Numbered from the stretch's first letter, positions 30,860-40,956 are shown. The stretch: DNA of 64,000 bases from Verrucomicrobiaceae bacterium (GCA_024229495.1 JAAESJ010000233.1:5144-69143), one strand, 5' to 3'. The notes: generated from the sequence alone by a model not told the origin. Translations and numbers: made by a program.

Positions 30860-31636
30860 ATGTCTAATGCAAGCGGCGATGAACCGGCACTTGAGGTGCA
30901 TGATCTGACGGTTTCCTACTTGAGGCGACCTGTCCTGTATGGAGTGGATTTCGCCGTTGCTCAGGGAAGTTTGGTCGGCATCATTGGTCCCAACGGTGCG
31001 GGGAAATCGACACTCATCAAGTCAATCATGGGTCTGGTCCCGGTATCGGGTGGATGGGCCAGGGTTTTCGGGGGGGCGGTCAAGGAGCAGATCACGAAAG
31101 TGGGTTATGTGCCACAACGTGAATCGGTGGATTGGGACTTTCCGGTAAACGTAATGGACGTTGTGCTTATGGGGTGTTACGGACGGATTGGCTTGATTCG
31201 CCGCACTGGCGGTGAGGAGAGGGTCAGGGCTTGTGCGGCATTGGAGAAGGTTGGTATGTTGGCCTATGCAGACCGGCAGATATCCAATCTGAGTGGAGGG
31301 CAGCAGCAGAGGGTATTCATTGCGCGCGCATTGGCTCAGGAAAGTGAAATTTATTTGATGGATGAGCCTTTTGCCGGCGTGGATGCGGCAACTGAGGTCG
31401 CGCTCATTACCCTGATGAAGGAGATGCGTGATGCGGGGAAGACTCTCATCGTGGTGCACCATGACCTTGCAAGCGCCCGTGAATATTTTGACATGCTGTT
31501 ATTGCTGAACATGAGAGTGGTTGCTTTTGGGGAGACCGGAGAGGTGTTTACCGGCGAACTCCTGCAGCAGACTTATGGAGGGCGGCTTACCGTGCTCTCT
31601 GAGATCGCCGACAAGGTGGCCAAGGGGGAGGGTTAA
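30860..31636 (+). CDS. Metal ABC transporter ATP-binding protein
   Basis: Walker A GPNGAGKST, signature LSGGQQQR, Walker B IYLMDEP and H-loop VVHHD. Confidence 0.9.
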   Translation: MSNASGDEPALEVHDLTVSYLRRPVLYGVDFAVAQGSLVGIIGPNGAGKSTLIKSIMGLVPVSGGWARVFGGAVKEQITKVGYVPQRESVDWDFPVNVMDVVLMGCYGRIGLIRRTGGEERVRACAALEKVGMLAYADRQISNLSGGQQQRVFIARALAQESEIYLMDEPFAGVDAATEVALITLMKEMRDAGKTLIVVHHDLASAREYFDMLLLLNMRVVAFGETGEVFTGELLQQTYGGRLTVLSEIADKVAKGEG

Positions 31637-31648
31637 TTTCTTGTTCCT

Positions 31649-33070
31649 GTGATTGCCCGTAATATCAATCAACCTCTTGCGGTATTTCTCTTGTTAGTGC
31701 TTGTCACTGATGTTTCGGCAGCACGGATAGGTGAAATCATTGAAAATGACCCCTGGGAGCAGGCGCGTCGATTTTTCACGTTTTCCGACCCCGGTCTGCG
31801 GATCGGCCTGAGCGGGGCCCTGCTTTTCGGGGCGACATGTGGCCTTTTGGGAAGTTTTATCGTGGTGAGGAAAATGGCGCTCATCGGGGATGCCATTTCT
31901 CATGCGGTGTTGCCGGGTGTTGCCATGGGATTCCTGTGGTCAATGGAGAAGGATCCAATGGCTATTCTCGCCGGGGCAACAGTAGCCGGGTTGATGGGTT
32001 CATTGGTTGTTGAGCTCATCAAACGAACAACGAAAATTAAGCAGGATGCAGCGCTGGGCATTGTTCTCGCTTCATTTTTTGCCGTCGGGTTGTGCATGAT
32101 CAGGATGATCCAGAATAATGACGGCGCATCGAGGATCACGGGATTGAAGAGCTATTTGTTCGGTGACGTTGCTGTGCTTGATCGCCAGGACGTTGTTACC
32201 ATGACCGGGGTAGTGACGGTTACCGTAATGTTGGTTATCTTACTTTACCGTCCGTTGTTGATCATTGGCTTTGATCGTGAGTTTGCTCATTCGATTGGTC
32301 TTCCGGTGAGATTGCTTGACGGTCTTTTCCAGTTATTCCTTACCTTTGCCATTGTGGTTGCCCTGCAGGCGGTTGGCGTGGTACTGGTGTCGGCATTATT
32401 AATTACGCCGGCGGCGGCGGCATACCTTCTGGTTAACCGCATGCATCACATGCTCTGGGTGGCTGCTGCCATAGGAATGCTTTCTGCGGTAATTGGAGTA
32501 TTTTTCTCCTTTCTTGGGAGTAATCTTCCAACCGGGCCGTTCATGGTTCTTGGTGCCAGCAGTGTATTCCTTGTTGCTTATTTGTTTGCGCCCCGGCACG
32601 GGCGTGTAACGCGCTGGTTCCGTCATCGCTCAAGACGCCGTGATGTCAGTAATGAGAATACGCTTAAGTCCATTTACAGGATCATTGAGAAGGGCTCTGC
32701 TGACAATGATGCCGGGAGTGTGGTAAAAATTGAGAGTTTGGCGGGGGAGAGGAGGGTTTCCAAGGTAGACCTGTTTGCCGATTTGCGCCGGCTGCGCAGG
32801 GTCGGAGCCGTGGAATTTGTCGATCAGGGAGGGGATGTGATGTTGACCGAAATAGGAATACAACAGGCGCGACAGGTGGTGCGCAACCACCGGTTATGGG
32901 AGCTTTACCTGACCAACGAGGCTGACTATGCCTCAAGCCATGTGCATGATGATGCCGAGAAGATCGAGCATTTCCTCAGTGAGGAAAAGGTGGCAGAGAT
33001 TGAGCGACAGCTCGATTATCCTGTGGTTGATCCCCATGGCCAACCGATTCCGGGGAGGGGAGAGGCATGA
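31649..33070 (+). CDS. Metal ABC transporter permease (ABC-3 family) fused to a C-terminal DtxR-like repressor domain (YtgC-YtgR-like)
   Basis: Residues 1-320 form an ABC-3 permease (ALIGDAISHAVLPGVA, LITPAAAAY). Residues ~334-468 (nt 32648-33052) read ...LRRLRRVGAVEFVDQGGDVMLTEIGIQQARQVVRNHRLWELYL...DAEKIEHFLS...DPHGQPIP, which is a DtxR-type wHTH plus metal-binding/dimerisation region. Confidence 0.85.
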   Translation: MIARNINQPLAVFLLLVLVTDVSAARIGEIIENDPWEQARRFFTFSDPGLRIGLSGALLFGATCGLLGSFIVVRKMALIGDAISHAVLPGVAMGFLWSMEKDPMAILAGATVAGLMGSLVVELIKRTTKIKQDAALGIVLASFFAVGLCMIRMIQNNDGASRITGLKSYLFGDVAVLDRQDVVTMTGVVTVTVMLVILLYRPLLIIGFDREFAHSIGLPVRLLDGLFQLFLTFAIVVALQAVGVVLVSALLITPAAAAYLLVNRMHHMLWVAAAIGMLSAVIGVFFSFLGSNLPTGPFMVLGASSVFLVAYLFAPRHGRVTRWFRHRSRRRDVSNENTLKSIYRIIEKGSADNDAGSVVKIESLAGERRVSKVDLFADLRRLRRVGAVEFVDQGGDVMLTEIGIQQARQVVRNHRLWELYLTNEADYASSHVHDDAEKIEHFLSEEKVAEIERQLDYPVVDPHGQPIPGRGEA

Positions 33071-33990
33071 ATTTTCACAGGATTTTCGTTGAGCCTTGGC
33101 AGAGCCATGCAGCTCATTACTGGCCGGTGTTCGCAATGGCTCTTTTTGTTACCGTTGCCTGTGCATTGATCGGAAACTATCTCGTGTTAAGGCGTATCTC
33201 ACTGATTGGCGACGCGATTAGTCACAGCGTTTTGCCCGGTATTGCCATTGCCTTCATGATGACGGGAAGTCGCTCCGGTGCGCCGATGTTTGTCGGTGCG
33301 CTTGTCGCGGGAGTCGTGGCTACGGTAATCATTGAGGTCCTGCATTCTCGTAGTCGCCTGAAGCAGGACGCAGCCATTGGTATTACCTTTTCAACTTTTT
33401 TTGCCGTAGGGGTAATTTTGATCTCCATTCACGGTGCCCACACGGACCTTGACCTTGACTGTGTGTTGTTTGGGAAAATGGATTTTCTGCCTGGCCGGGA
33501 ACCGGTTTTTCTGGGGCTTCCCGGTGTTACTGTGACTATGGCTGCGCTTGCCCTGTGCGTGGGATTGTTGATCATCATCTTCTACAAGGAGCTGTTGTTG
33601 AGTTCATTTGACCCGGCCCTGGCTGCCTCGATGGGTATTAACCCCAGGCTGGTTCACTATTTACTCATGGCTGTTCTCTCGGTGGTTGTGGTAGGTGCCT
33701 TTACCTCGGTGGGTGCAATACTGGTCATTGCGATGTTAATTTTACCTGCTGCGACTTCGTGCATGTTGAGTGACCGACTATGGGTCATGCTGATCCTGAG
33801 TGTGTTGCATGCATTTATCAGCTCTTTGGGAGGGGTGCACATTGCCGTGGCCCTGCAGGTGCCGACCGCACCGGCATCGGTGGTGGCGGGTGCTGGAATT
33901 TTCGCAATTGTGTGGATTGTTAGTCCACGACAGGGCTTAATCAGCCTTTGGTTGCGCAATCGGCGTTCCGATCAGGTGGCGGAGGCTTAA
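33067..33990 (+). CDS. Metal ABC transporter permease (ABC-3 family), second subunit
   Basis: SLIGDAISHSVLPGIA and LILPAATS blocks. The start overlaps the upstream stop (ATGA at 33067-33070). Confidence 0.85.
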   Translation: MNFHRIFVEPWQSHAAHYWPVFAMALFVTVACALIGNYLVLRRISLIGDAISHSVLPGIAIAFMMTGSRSGAPMFVGALVAGVVATVIIEVLHSRSRLKQDAAIGITFSTFFAVGVILISIHGAHTDLDLDCVLFGKMDFLPGREPVFLGLPGVTVTMAALALCVGLLIIIFYKELLLSSFDPALAASMGINPRLVHYLLMAVLSVVVVGAFTSVGAILVIAMLILPAATSCMLSDRLWVMLILSVLHAFISSLGGVHIAVALQVPTAPASVVAGAGIFAIVWIVSPRQGLISLWLRNRRSDQVAEA

Positions 33991-34222
33991 TCGTCTGGAA
34001 GGCGACCTGAGAAGTGGCTAGAGGCTTCCTGAAGCTACAGATGGGTGATTTGCCAAGCAAACTGCAAGGGCTTACAAGAATTTCGCAATTTTGTAATGGC
34101 TAAAGCCGCTGCGGGGAAGCATTTTACCCGATAACGGGAATGCTGTCCGGTAAGACAATAGGGATTGACGAACCGAGCACTTAGGTGTCAACATTTCCCT
34201 CCCTGATTTGATCATTAAAGCC

Positions 34223-36367
34223 ATGAAAACCTACCTCAACTCTCCCAACAAACTCCACGTTTTCTCCCTGTTCGCCTGCATAGGACTGGCCTGCGCACAA
34301 TTACCTGCCGCTTCCGCAGCTGAGGGTCAGGGTAGCAAGGCCTTCGGGTTTGCCGCCAAGCTATCGCCGGATACAGAGGCAGTCTTTGCATTGCGTAACC
34401 TTGCGAAGTTTGCTGACGGGATTGGCAAGAGCAATACCTGGGAGAGGGTGAGCGGGTTGATAATGGAAGCCAGCGGGCTCGACGTTAATGAGGCCTCAGA
34501 GCCGTTCAATGAAGTGATGAACTTCGTCGGGGAGGACGCCTTCATTGCACTTGGTAAAGGAGCTGAAGGGGAGATCAGCCGATTGATGGATTTCTATGGG
34601 GCTTATTACAGCATTTATCCCAAGTTTATGGAGTTAATGATCCAACAGCAGTTTGGCGGAGACCTCGGTGAGATGGAGGCGGAAATGACCCAACTTATCG
34701 AGGAGACCCTTAACGCGGACGATGGCAAGGTATTAAAGTCCCTGCTAAAGGTGCAGGTGCCGCCACTGATTATCGGTTGCCGTCCTCCTGAAGGGGCAGT
34801 TGACCAATTGGTTGCGCAACTTGCCGCTTTTGAGGAGGACCTTCCTCCGATCGTCCTTACTTCTGAGTTTGATGTAGCCGGTGCCGGGAAGTTCCATTCC
34901 TGGACAATCGCCGCCAAGGATGCCTTCGACGACGCTTCCCGCGAGGAGATGCGCGCGGAAATCGATAATGAAAAGCTCGCCGGCCACATTGAGAGAATTA
35001 TTGACAGCAAGAAGGTGGAATTCTCCTTTGGCGCCGTAGATGGCTGCATGGTTTTGGCCATTGGCCCGGATCATAGTCACCTGAAATTCGCGGCGGAAAG
35101 CGGCGAATCCCTGATCGCGCAGAAGGGTTTCAAATTCATGCATGGTTATGCCGACAAGCAGCTTCTTGCCTATGGTTACGCGGCCAAGGAGTTACTGCAG
35201 GCCCTGAACAGCCTTGGCAGTATGGAAGGTTGGGCAGATATGGTAACAGGTGCGCTTGAACCGGCAGAGGAGCTCGGTTTCGACGTGTCCAAGGTTACGC
35301 CGCTGATTAAGAAACTGGGTAAGCAACTCGCTGCCCTGACCAAGAGCGAGGCGGATACCAGTGCCGGAGTGATTTATGTCGAGGACGGGCTTAAAGGAGC
35401 ATCCATTGGTGGTTTCAGCACGCCAGGGCTTGACGGAGGAAAGGCCTTGAAGCTTGCCGGGGCAATACCCGATGATGCGTTCCTTGCCATCAACATGGCG
35501 GCTACTGAAAAACACAAAGCCAACAGCATTGATTTCATGGAGACCTTTGCGCAGCTTGTCTACCAGGGGGCATTCAGCTTTGCCAGGAGCGATGAGGCTC
35601 CGGCCGAGATGGCGGAAATCCTTGGCATGGTCGACCAGGAGTTTGTGCCGAAAATGCTTAAGGGCTGGGGTATCATGAAGAACAAGGTGTTCAAGGGGCT
35701 TGGTAGCGAGGCCGGGGTGGTCATTGATCTGAAGGGAAGCATGCCAAAAATTCCCATTGATCATCCGGCGGCTGCTGTTGCCGTCAAGAAAGGCAAGCTT
35801 CCCCGTATCGCGATGTTTAATAGCGTTAATGAGCGGAAACTACTGACCGAGGCATGGGAAGAGATGGTGCCGTTACTCAACGACATTGCCAAGGGGATCC
35901 CCGGTCAGGAGCCAGGCCAGGAGTTTGAGGTGCCCGATCCGTTGAGCAGTGACGGGAAAAATGTAAAGACCCACTTCTTCGGGTTGCCGTTCGTGAGCAA
36001 TGATTTCCTGCCTTCATTGTCCATCAGTGATGAAATGTTCTTCCTGAGCACCTCAAAGAACTACACGGAGGAGTTGGCGGCAAAGATCGCGGCCGGTGAT
36101 GGACCAAAGCTTACCGGTGCCGTGATGCATCTGCGCTTTAGTCCCCTGCATGCATACGCTGTCCAATGGCTGGACCTGGTGCTTGCCAATTCCGAGGCAT
36201 TTTTTGCAGGCAATGAGTTTGCAGAAGAGGACTTTAAGGACAATTCAGATCAGATCCGCATGGCACTGGACCTGATCAAAGGTATCAAGGGATTGAATTT
36301 CCATCGCTACAAGGACAAACGCTGGCGCAGTGACTGGCACCTGGAGATTACCGATATTGAAGGGTAA
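34223..36367 (+). CDS. Hypothetical secreted protein (~714 aa), no recognised domain
   Basis: Long ORF with a signal peptide (MKTYLNSPNKLHVFSLFACIGLACAQLPAASAAEG). The track start is TTG 34208; the first ATG is at 34223. No motif recognised. Confidence 0.55.
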   Translation: MKTYLNSPNKLHVFSLFACIGLACAQLPAASAAEGQGSKAFGFAAKLSPDTEAVFALRNLAKFADGIGKSNTWERVSGLIMEASGLDVNEASEPFNEVMNFVGEDAFIALGKGAEGEISRLMDFYGAYYSIYPKFMELMIQQQFGGDLGEMEAEMTQLIEETLNADDGKVLKSLLKVQVPPLIIGCRPPEGAVDQLVAQLAAFEEDLPPIVLTSEFDVAGAGKFHSWTIAAKDAFDDASREEMRAEIDNEKLAGHIERIIDSKKVEFSFGAVDGCMVLAIGPDHSHLKFAAESGESLIAQKGFKFMHGYADKQLLAYGYAAKELLQALNSLGSMEGWADMVTGALEPAEELGFDVSKVTPLIKKLGKQLAALTKSEADTSAGVIYVEDGLKGASIGGFSTPGLDGGKALKLAGAIPDDAFLAINMAATEKHKANSIDFMETFAQLVYQGAFSFARSDEAPAEMAEILGMVDQEFVPKMLKGWGIMKNKVFKGLGSEAGVVIDLKGSMPKIPIDHPAAAVAVKKGKLPRIAMFNSVNERKLLTEAWEEMVPLLNDIAKGIPGQEPGQEFEVPDPLSSDGKNVKTHFFGLPFVSNDFLPSLSISDEMFFLSTSKNYTEELAAKIAAGDGPKLTGAVMHLRFSPLHAYAVQWLDLVLANSEAFFAGNEFAEEDFKDNSDQIRMALDLIKGIKGLNFHRYKDKRWRSDWHLEITDIEG

Positions 36368-36465
36368 GGTGCGTGATCTACGCAGTCATGGCTGCATGGT
36401 GGCGAATAAATTTGTGTTTCCAAAGGTTCATCATGCATGGTGGATTTAATTAACCACCTTGATTG

Positions 36466-37122
36466 ATGGCGGATATTGATTTGGTGATCTTTGATCTCGA
36501 CGGCACCCTGCTCGACACGATAGAGGACTTGGGGGACTCGGTGAATGAGGTTCTGAGAAGTCGACAGTTGCCTGAGCATTCCTACAACGATTACCGGGAG
36601 TATATTGGTGATGGCATGGAGATGCTGATCCGCAGGGCGCTGCCTACTGAGTTTGCATCCGATCCCGAGGTGTTTTCGGCAGTCCTCGAGGATTATCAGG
36701 CTGCCTATGGCAGGAACTGGAATAACAAGAGTGGTCCATATGAAGGAATTCCGGAGTGTCTTGAGAGCCTCAGCCGGCAGGGAGTGAAACTTGCGGTCCT
36801 GTCCAATAAACCGCACCATTTCACCAGGCTTTGTGTTTCTGAATTGTTGCCCGGGATTGCCTTTGCAGAGGTGTGCGGGGATCGGGAGGGAATTGCCCGC
36901 AAGCCTGATCCCGGCGGCGCACTGGCCATTGCCGATGAACTTGGGGCCGCTTCCGACCGGACACTCTTTGCGGGGGATACGGATGTGGATATTTTCACGG
37001 CTGTTGGGGCAGGGATGGTGCCGGTGGGTGTGCTTTGGGGGTTTCGGAGTGAGAATGAGCTAAGGGAGGCGGGGGCCCGTCATCTGGTCGCTCATCCCGA
37101 TGAGATTGTAAGCCTGACCTGA
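36466..37122 (+). CDS. HAD-superfamily hydrolase, phosphoglycolate phosphatase-like
   Basis: Motif I DLVIFDLDGTLLDT, motif II VLSNK and motif IV FAGDTDVDI. Confidence 0.8.
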   Translation: MADIDLVIFDLDGTLLDTIEDLGDSVNEVLRSRQLPEHSYNDYREYIGDGMEMLIRRALPTEFASDPEVFSAVLEDYQAAYGRNWNNKSGPYEGIPECLESLSRQGVKLAVLSNKPHHFTRLCVSELLPGIAFAEVCGDREGIARKPDPGGALAIADELGAASDRTLFAGDTDVDIFTAVGAGMVPVGVLWGFRSENELREAGARHLVAHPDEIVSLT

Positions 37123-37143
37123 ATGCCCCGGCTTCATCACGCG

Positions 37144-37854
37144 TTATAGGCTGGTTACTGCGGGAGGTTGGGACAGAACAGTGGCCGGGGCGCAGAGCAT
37201 CGCCTGGTAGCCGGGAGATGTTGGAATTTCTTTTGCCAGCAAGGAGGCTGAGGCAGTAACTTTCTCACAAAGGAATGTTCCGGGCTGCTCATGATTTCCA
37301 GGCAGGAAGGCCTCAATGGATGAAGGGTCGAGCGAGAATCCCCGTCCGGTGGCCTTCATGAAGGCCTCCTTGGCGGTCCAGAGCCGGAAGAATTCTCTGC
37401 GTTTTTCGCTGTCTTCCAGCGGCATAAGCATATCCTGTTCCCGGCGAGTAAATACTTTTCCCGACACTCCGTCGATATCCGCATCACGTTGAGTATATTC
37501 AATATCAATGCCAATCTCCTCATTCTTGCAGAGGGCGAGGATTGCATACCCTCTGGTGTGAGAGATATTGAATTGCAAGTTGCCTGCTGGAGTGAGGAAG
37601 GGTTTGCCATTTTTCCCAAGTCGGAATTCCACCTCTTTTGGGAGAATGTCTATCCAGGAAGCAATGACTCTGCGCAGCAGGTATCGGCATTTGGCAAAGC
37701 GTAGGCGGTCCGCGTCATACTTATACCGATGGGTGCGTGCCTGTTCATCTCCGGGCAACTCGCTACAGCATGCCTGCCACCCTGCACCACTGGTATCCAG
37801 TTCGATGATGATGATAAGGACCTGCTGATCGCCGGGTGGTGGTGGTATTAACAC
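37144..37854 (-). CDS. Sfp-type 4'-phosphopantetheinyl transferase
   Basis: GKNGKPFL, FNISHTRGYAILAL, IGIDIE and WTAKEAFMKATG motifs. The track start 37950 overlaps the upstream gene; GTG 37854 lies 31 nt after that gene's stop and gives ~236 aa. Confidence 0.7.
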   Translation of the reverse strand: MLIPPPPGDQQVLIIIIELDTSGAGWQACCSELPGDEQARTHRYKYDADRLRFAKCRYLLRRVIASWIDILPKEVEFRLGKNGKPFLTPAGNLQFNISHTRGYAILALCKNEEIGIDIEYTQRDADIDGVSGKVFTRREQDMLMPLEDSEKRREFFRLWTAKEAFMKATGRGFSLDPSSIEAFLPGNHEQPGTFLCEKVTASASLLAKEIPTSPGYQAMLCAPATVLSQPPAVTSL

Positions 37855-37885
37855 TGGTTTTGTCCTGTTGGTTATGGATGAGGTT

Positions 37886-38713
37886 TCATCTCCCCTTTGT
37901 GACCGGCAGGGATGCATCATGGCGTATATCTTCAAGGGCGGGAAACTCACGTCGCCATGATCGGAGGTCTTTCAGATCAATAGCAACCGAGGTGACCCCG
38001 GCTTTGTCGCCCGCGTCGGCGATTATTTTTCCGTGAGGGTCGACAACAAGGCTTCGTCCCGGGTAGTGATTATCAGGATCTTCCCCGACCCGGTTGACGC
38101 CGGCTACGTAGCACTGGTTTTCTATGGCTCTAGCCTTGAGCAATGTCACCCAGTGGTTGATTCTTCGGCGTGGCCAGTTGGCGATGTTCACCAACAGCTC
38201 TGCTCCGCCTAATGCCAATGACCTGTAGATTTCCGGGAAACGAAGGTCATAACAGATCGTTAATCCCACGCACCATTGTTGCCAGTCCAGGACCATGAGC
38301 TCGTCGCCGGCGCTAAAGATTTCGGACTCGCCTCCGGCGGTGAATGGTTGATGTTTTTTGTAACGGCTTGTTCCTCCATCCGGAAAGGCTGCAATAGCCT
38401 CGTTGTGGAAACGCGTTGCTGATTTTGTTGCAACGCCACCAATGATGCAGCAACCGGTGGTGCGGGCGTTTTGCATGAGGAAATCCGTATTGGGCTGATT
38501 CCCTCCTGGTTCTTCTGCCGTCTTATGCACGTCCATGCTGAACCCGGTGGCATACATTTCAGGGAGTATTAAAAGATCACCGGGGGCTGGCTGTAACTGC
38601 TCGATTCCGGTAGCCAGCCAATCCCTGTTAGCTTCCGGGTTTTCCCAGTGGATATCGGTCTGGAAGAGGTGAAGTTGCATGGAGGATGTTGGCGTAACAA
38701 TGAGCTGAGACAT
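37886..38713 (-). CDS. Carbon-nitrogen hydrolase family (omega-amidase/YafV-like)
   Basis: Catalytic E-K-C context: LILPEMYATGF, YKKHQPF and LTICYDLRFPE. Alternative start ATG 38680. Confidence 0.8.
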   Translation of the reverse strand: MSQLIVTPTSSMQLHLFQTDIHWENPEANRDWLATGIEQLQPAPGDLLILPEMYATGFSMDVHKTAEEPGGNQPNTDFLMQNARTTGCCIIGGVATKSATRFHNEAIAAFPDGGTSRYKKHQPFTAGGESEIFSAGDELMVLDWQQWCVGLTICYDLRFPEIYRSLALGGAELLVNIANWPRRRINHWVTLLKARAIENQCYVAGVNRVGEDPDNHYPGRSLVVDPHGKIIADAGDKAGVTSVAIDLKDLRSWRREFPALEDIRHDASLPVTKGR

Positions 38714-38847
38714 TACGTCCCTAGGAGTTTCTCGGCAACGCTTCTGCCGGAGAAATGCTGTGTATTTAAGGATGCCGGGCAGGGATAAGTGAAATAGGGA
38801 TTAAAATTACCATAGATTTTAACAAAAATTAAAGGTATCATTGCAAG

Positions 38848-40956
38848 GTGTCCAGACGATGCGTGAGGGTGAGAGAAAGCTGTAGGAATCTTTCCCGGAG
38901 AGGGAGGACTGAGTTGACTGTGCGTTTTCGGTCACTGATTCTCACCTGTGCCTTGCTGACGTTATGTAATAATGCCGGGGCTTTGACGTTTTACGTTTCC
39001 CCGGCAGGCAATGATACCATGCAGGGCACGCGGGAAAAGCCATTGGCTTCTCTGGATGAGGCACTATCGCGACTGCGGGGAACACATGAGGAACGAGAGA
39101 TTGTGTTACTCTCCGGAACGCATTTGGTGCGAAAGGCCGTGCAGTTAAGTGCTAGGGATTCCGGATTGCCCGGACGTCCGCTAAGGATCCGGGGTGAAGG
39201 TGGAAATGTTGTCCTCTCCGGATACCTGTCCCTTCCTGCGGCTGGCTGGCGCAAGGTGACCGATAGTGAGGACCTGCAGCGAATCAAGAGCAGCCGGGTT
39301 GGCGACCGTCTGAGGCAGTTCCGTTTCCATGATGTTGATCGTCCGAAGCTGGGAGCCTTGAGTCATCGCGGGGTTGCCGCCGATGGTGGGGGGAAGAAAC
39401 CGCCGGCAATGCTTTACCTCGCCGATAAGCGGATGAGCCTTGCGAGGTGGCCCAATGTCGGGTTCATCAGGGGGTTCGATCTTGGGGAACCGGCTGTCGT
39501 GGTGGGCAGTGGTGAACATCGCCGTTCCAGTGCCGGCGAGAGCATTGTGCGTATTAAGTCACGTCGTCCTGGGGGATGGAAGAACTCCGTGGATATTTGG
39601 TTAAGCGGCGCCCTTGGCAACGATAAGGAGTGGGGGTCTACCCGGGTAGAGAAGATCAGTGACGACGGCCATGAGATTGAGGTTAACTCTGCAGGGCTGC
39701 GTGGTGAGGGGAGCGAACGGGAGCACCTTCCGGAATTCTTTTTCGAGAACGTGTTCGAGGAACTTGATGAGCCTAATGAGTATTTTATTGATGCTTCCCG
39801 TGGGTTGCTGTATTTCCTGCCACCGCCAAATAATCCCGACTGGGCTTCAACTGCCAGGTTGTTATGGAGTGAGGAGCCGATACTCAGGATTAATGGAGGC
39901 AGATATATTGAGTTGTCCGGTTTCCGGGTGGAAGGCACGCGTGCTGATGGGATCGTGGTGAACGACGGCCTGGATGTTGCAATCAAAGGCCTCACGGTGA
40001 GGCAGTGCGGTGGTGACGGAGTGGTCCTGAGCGGTCGTGACATCAGGGTAAAGGGGGTAATCGCTGAGGATATTGGCGGGCGTGGTATGGTGTTGAGTGG
40101 GGGGGACCCTGTCAGCTTGAAGTCCTCGGGGAACATGGTGATTGGCTCGAAGTTTGTCGGCACCGGATGGTGGAACCCGTCATGGCACTCCGCTATCGAG
40201 CTCGTCGGAGTGGGGCATCAGGTGCGTGATTGCGTTTTCAGTGACTTACCGGATATGGCAGTACAGTTCAGGGGTAATGATTTCCTGATCGAAGGGTGCT
40301 GGTTTCACCGCGTTTGCCGGGCCCCCCAGAAAATGGGGGCGATCTATGCTCGTCTTGGGAATCATCCGCACATGCGTGGGACCGTCATTCGCGGTAATCT
40401 TTTCCAGAATATCGGGCGCAGGGACCAAGAGCCCGGCGCAGCAATCTGTCTTGCCGACGGCACCATGGGGGTAAGGATTTCTGACAATGTCTTTCACCGC
40501 GTGGGTTCCGGAAAGGCAAGCCGGACAATTCTCATCGATGGCGGTGCGCATGTCACGGTGGAGAATAATACCTTTATTGATTGTCCCGTTCCCTTTGGCC
40601 TTCAGTTTACGCCATTGGTTACCGGTTCCAGCGAACGCATGGATGCATGGCGCAACTTACTGACTTCAGACTCGACCCGGAAACACCGTGTTCGTTATCG
40701 GGCACTGGCAGAATTTTTCAAGGAAGACCGGGAATTCCCGGACACCAATTCATTTTCAGGCAACCGGATTGCAAACGGCAGGATGGAGTTGTTGGCCGGC
40801 AATGGCTATATTGTTTCCGGTGGTCCTGAGGAAAAATTAAACACATCGGGGAACGTGATTGAGGGTGCGCTCAGGGGAATTAGCTTTGATTCAGGCGGCA
40901 GGCCGATCATTCCGGGGAGGCGCCCCTGGCGTCCCATGACAGCCAGTAACCATTAA
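38848..40956 (+). CDS. Secreted right-handed parallel beta-helix repeat protein (pectate-lyase-fold)
   Basis: FYVSPAGNDTMQGTREKPLASLDEAL N-terminal block and repeated G-x-x-V/I-x-G strands (DGIVVNDG..., GDGVVLSG..., GRGMVLSGG). The start is uncertain (GTG 38848). Confidence 0.6.
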   Translation: MSRRCVRVRESCRNLSRRGRTELTVRFRSLILTCALLTLCNNAGALTFYVSPAGNDTMQGTREKPLASLDEALSRLRGTHEEREIVLLSGTHLVRKAVQLSARDSGLPGRPLRIRGEGGNVVLSGYLSLPAAGWRKVTDSEDLQRIKSSRVGDRLRQFRFHDVDRPKLGALSHRGVAADGGGKKPPAMLYLADKRMSLARWPNVGFIRGFDLGEPAVVVGSGEHRRSSAGESIVRIKSRRPGGWKNSVDIWLSGALGNDKEWGSTRVEKISDDGHEIEVNSAGLRGEGSEREHLPEFFFENVFEELDEPNEYFIDASRGLLYFLPPPNNPDWASTARLLWSEEPILRINGGRYIELSGFRVEGTRADGIVVNDGLDVAIKGLTVRQCGGDGVVLSGRDIRVKGVIAEDIGGRGMVLSGGDPVSLKSSGNMVIGSKFVGTGWWNPSWHSAIELVGVGHQVRDCVFSDLPDMAVQFRGNDFLIEGCWFHRVCRAPQKMGAIYARLGNHPHMRGTVIRGNLFQNIGRRDQEPGAAICLADGTMGVRISDNVFHRVGSGKASRTILIDGGAHVTVENNTFIDCPVPFGLQFTPLVTGSSERMDAWRNLLTSDSTRKHRVRYRALAEFFKEDREFPDTNSFSGNRIANGRMELLAGNGYIVSGGPEEKLNTSGNVIEGALRGISFDSGGRPIIPGRRPWRPMTASNH

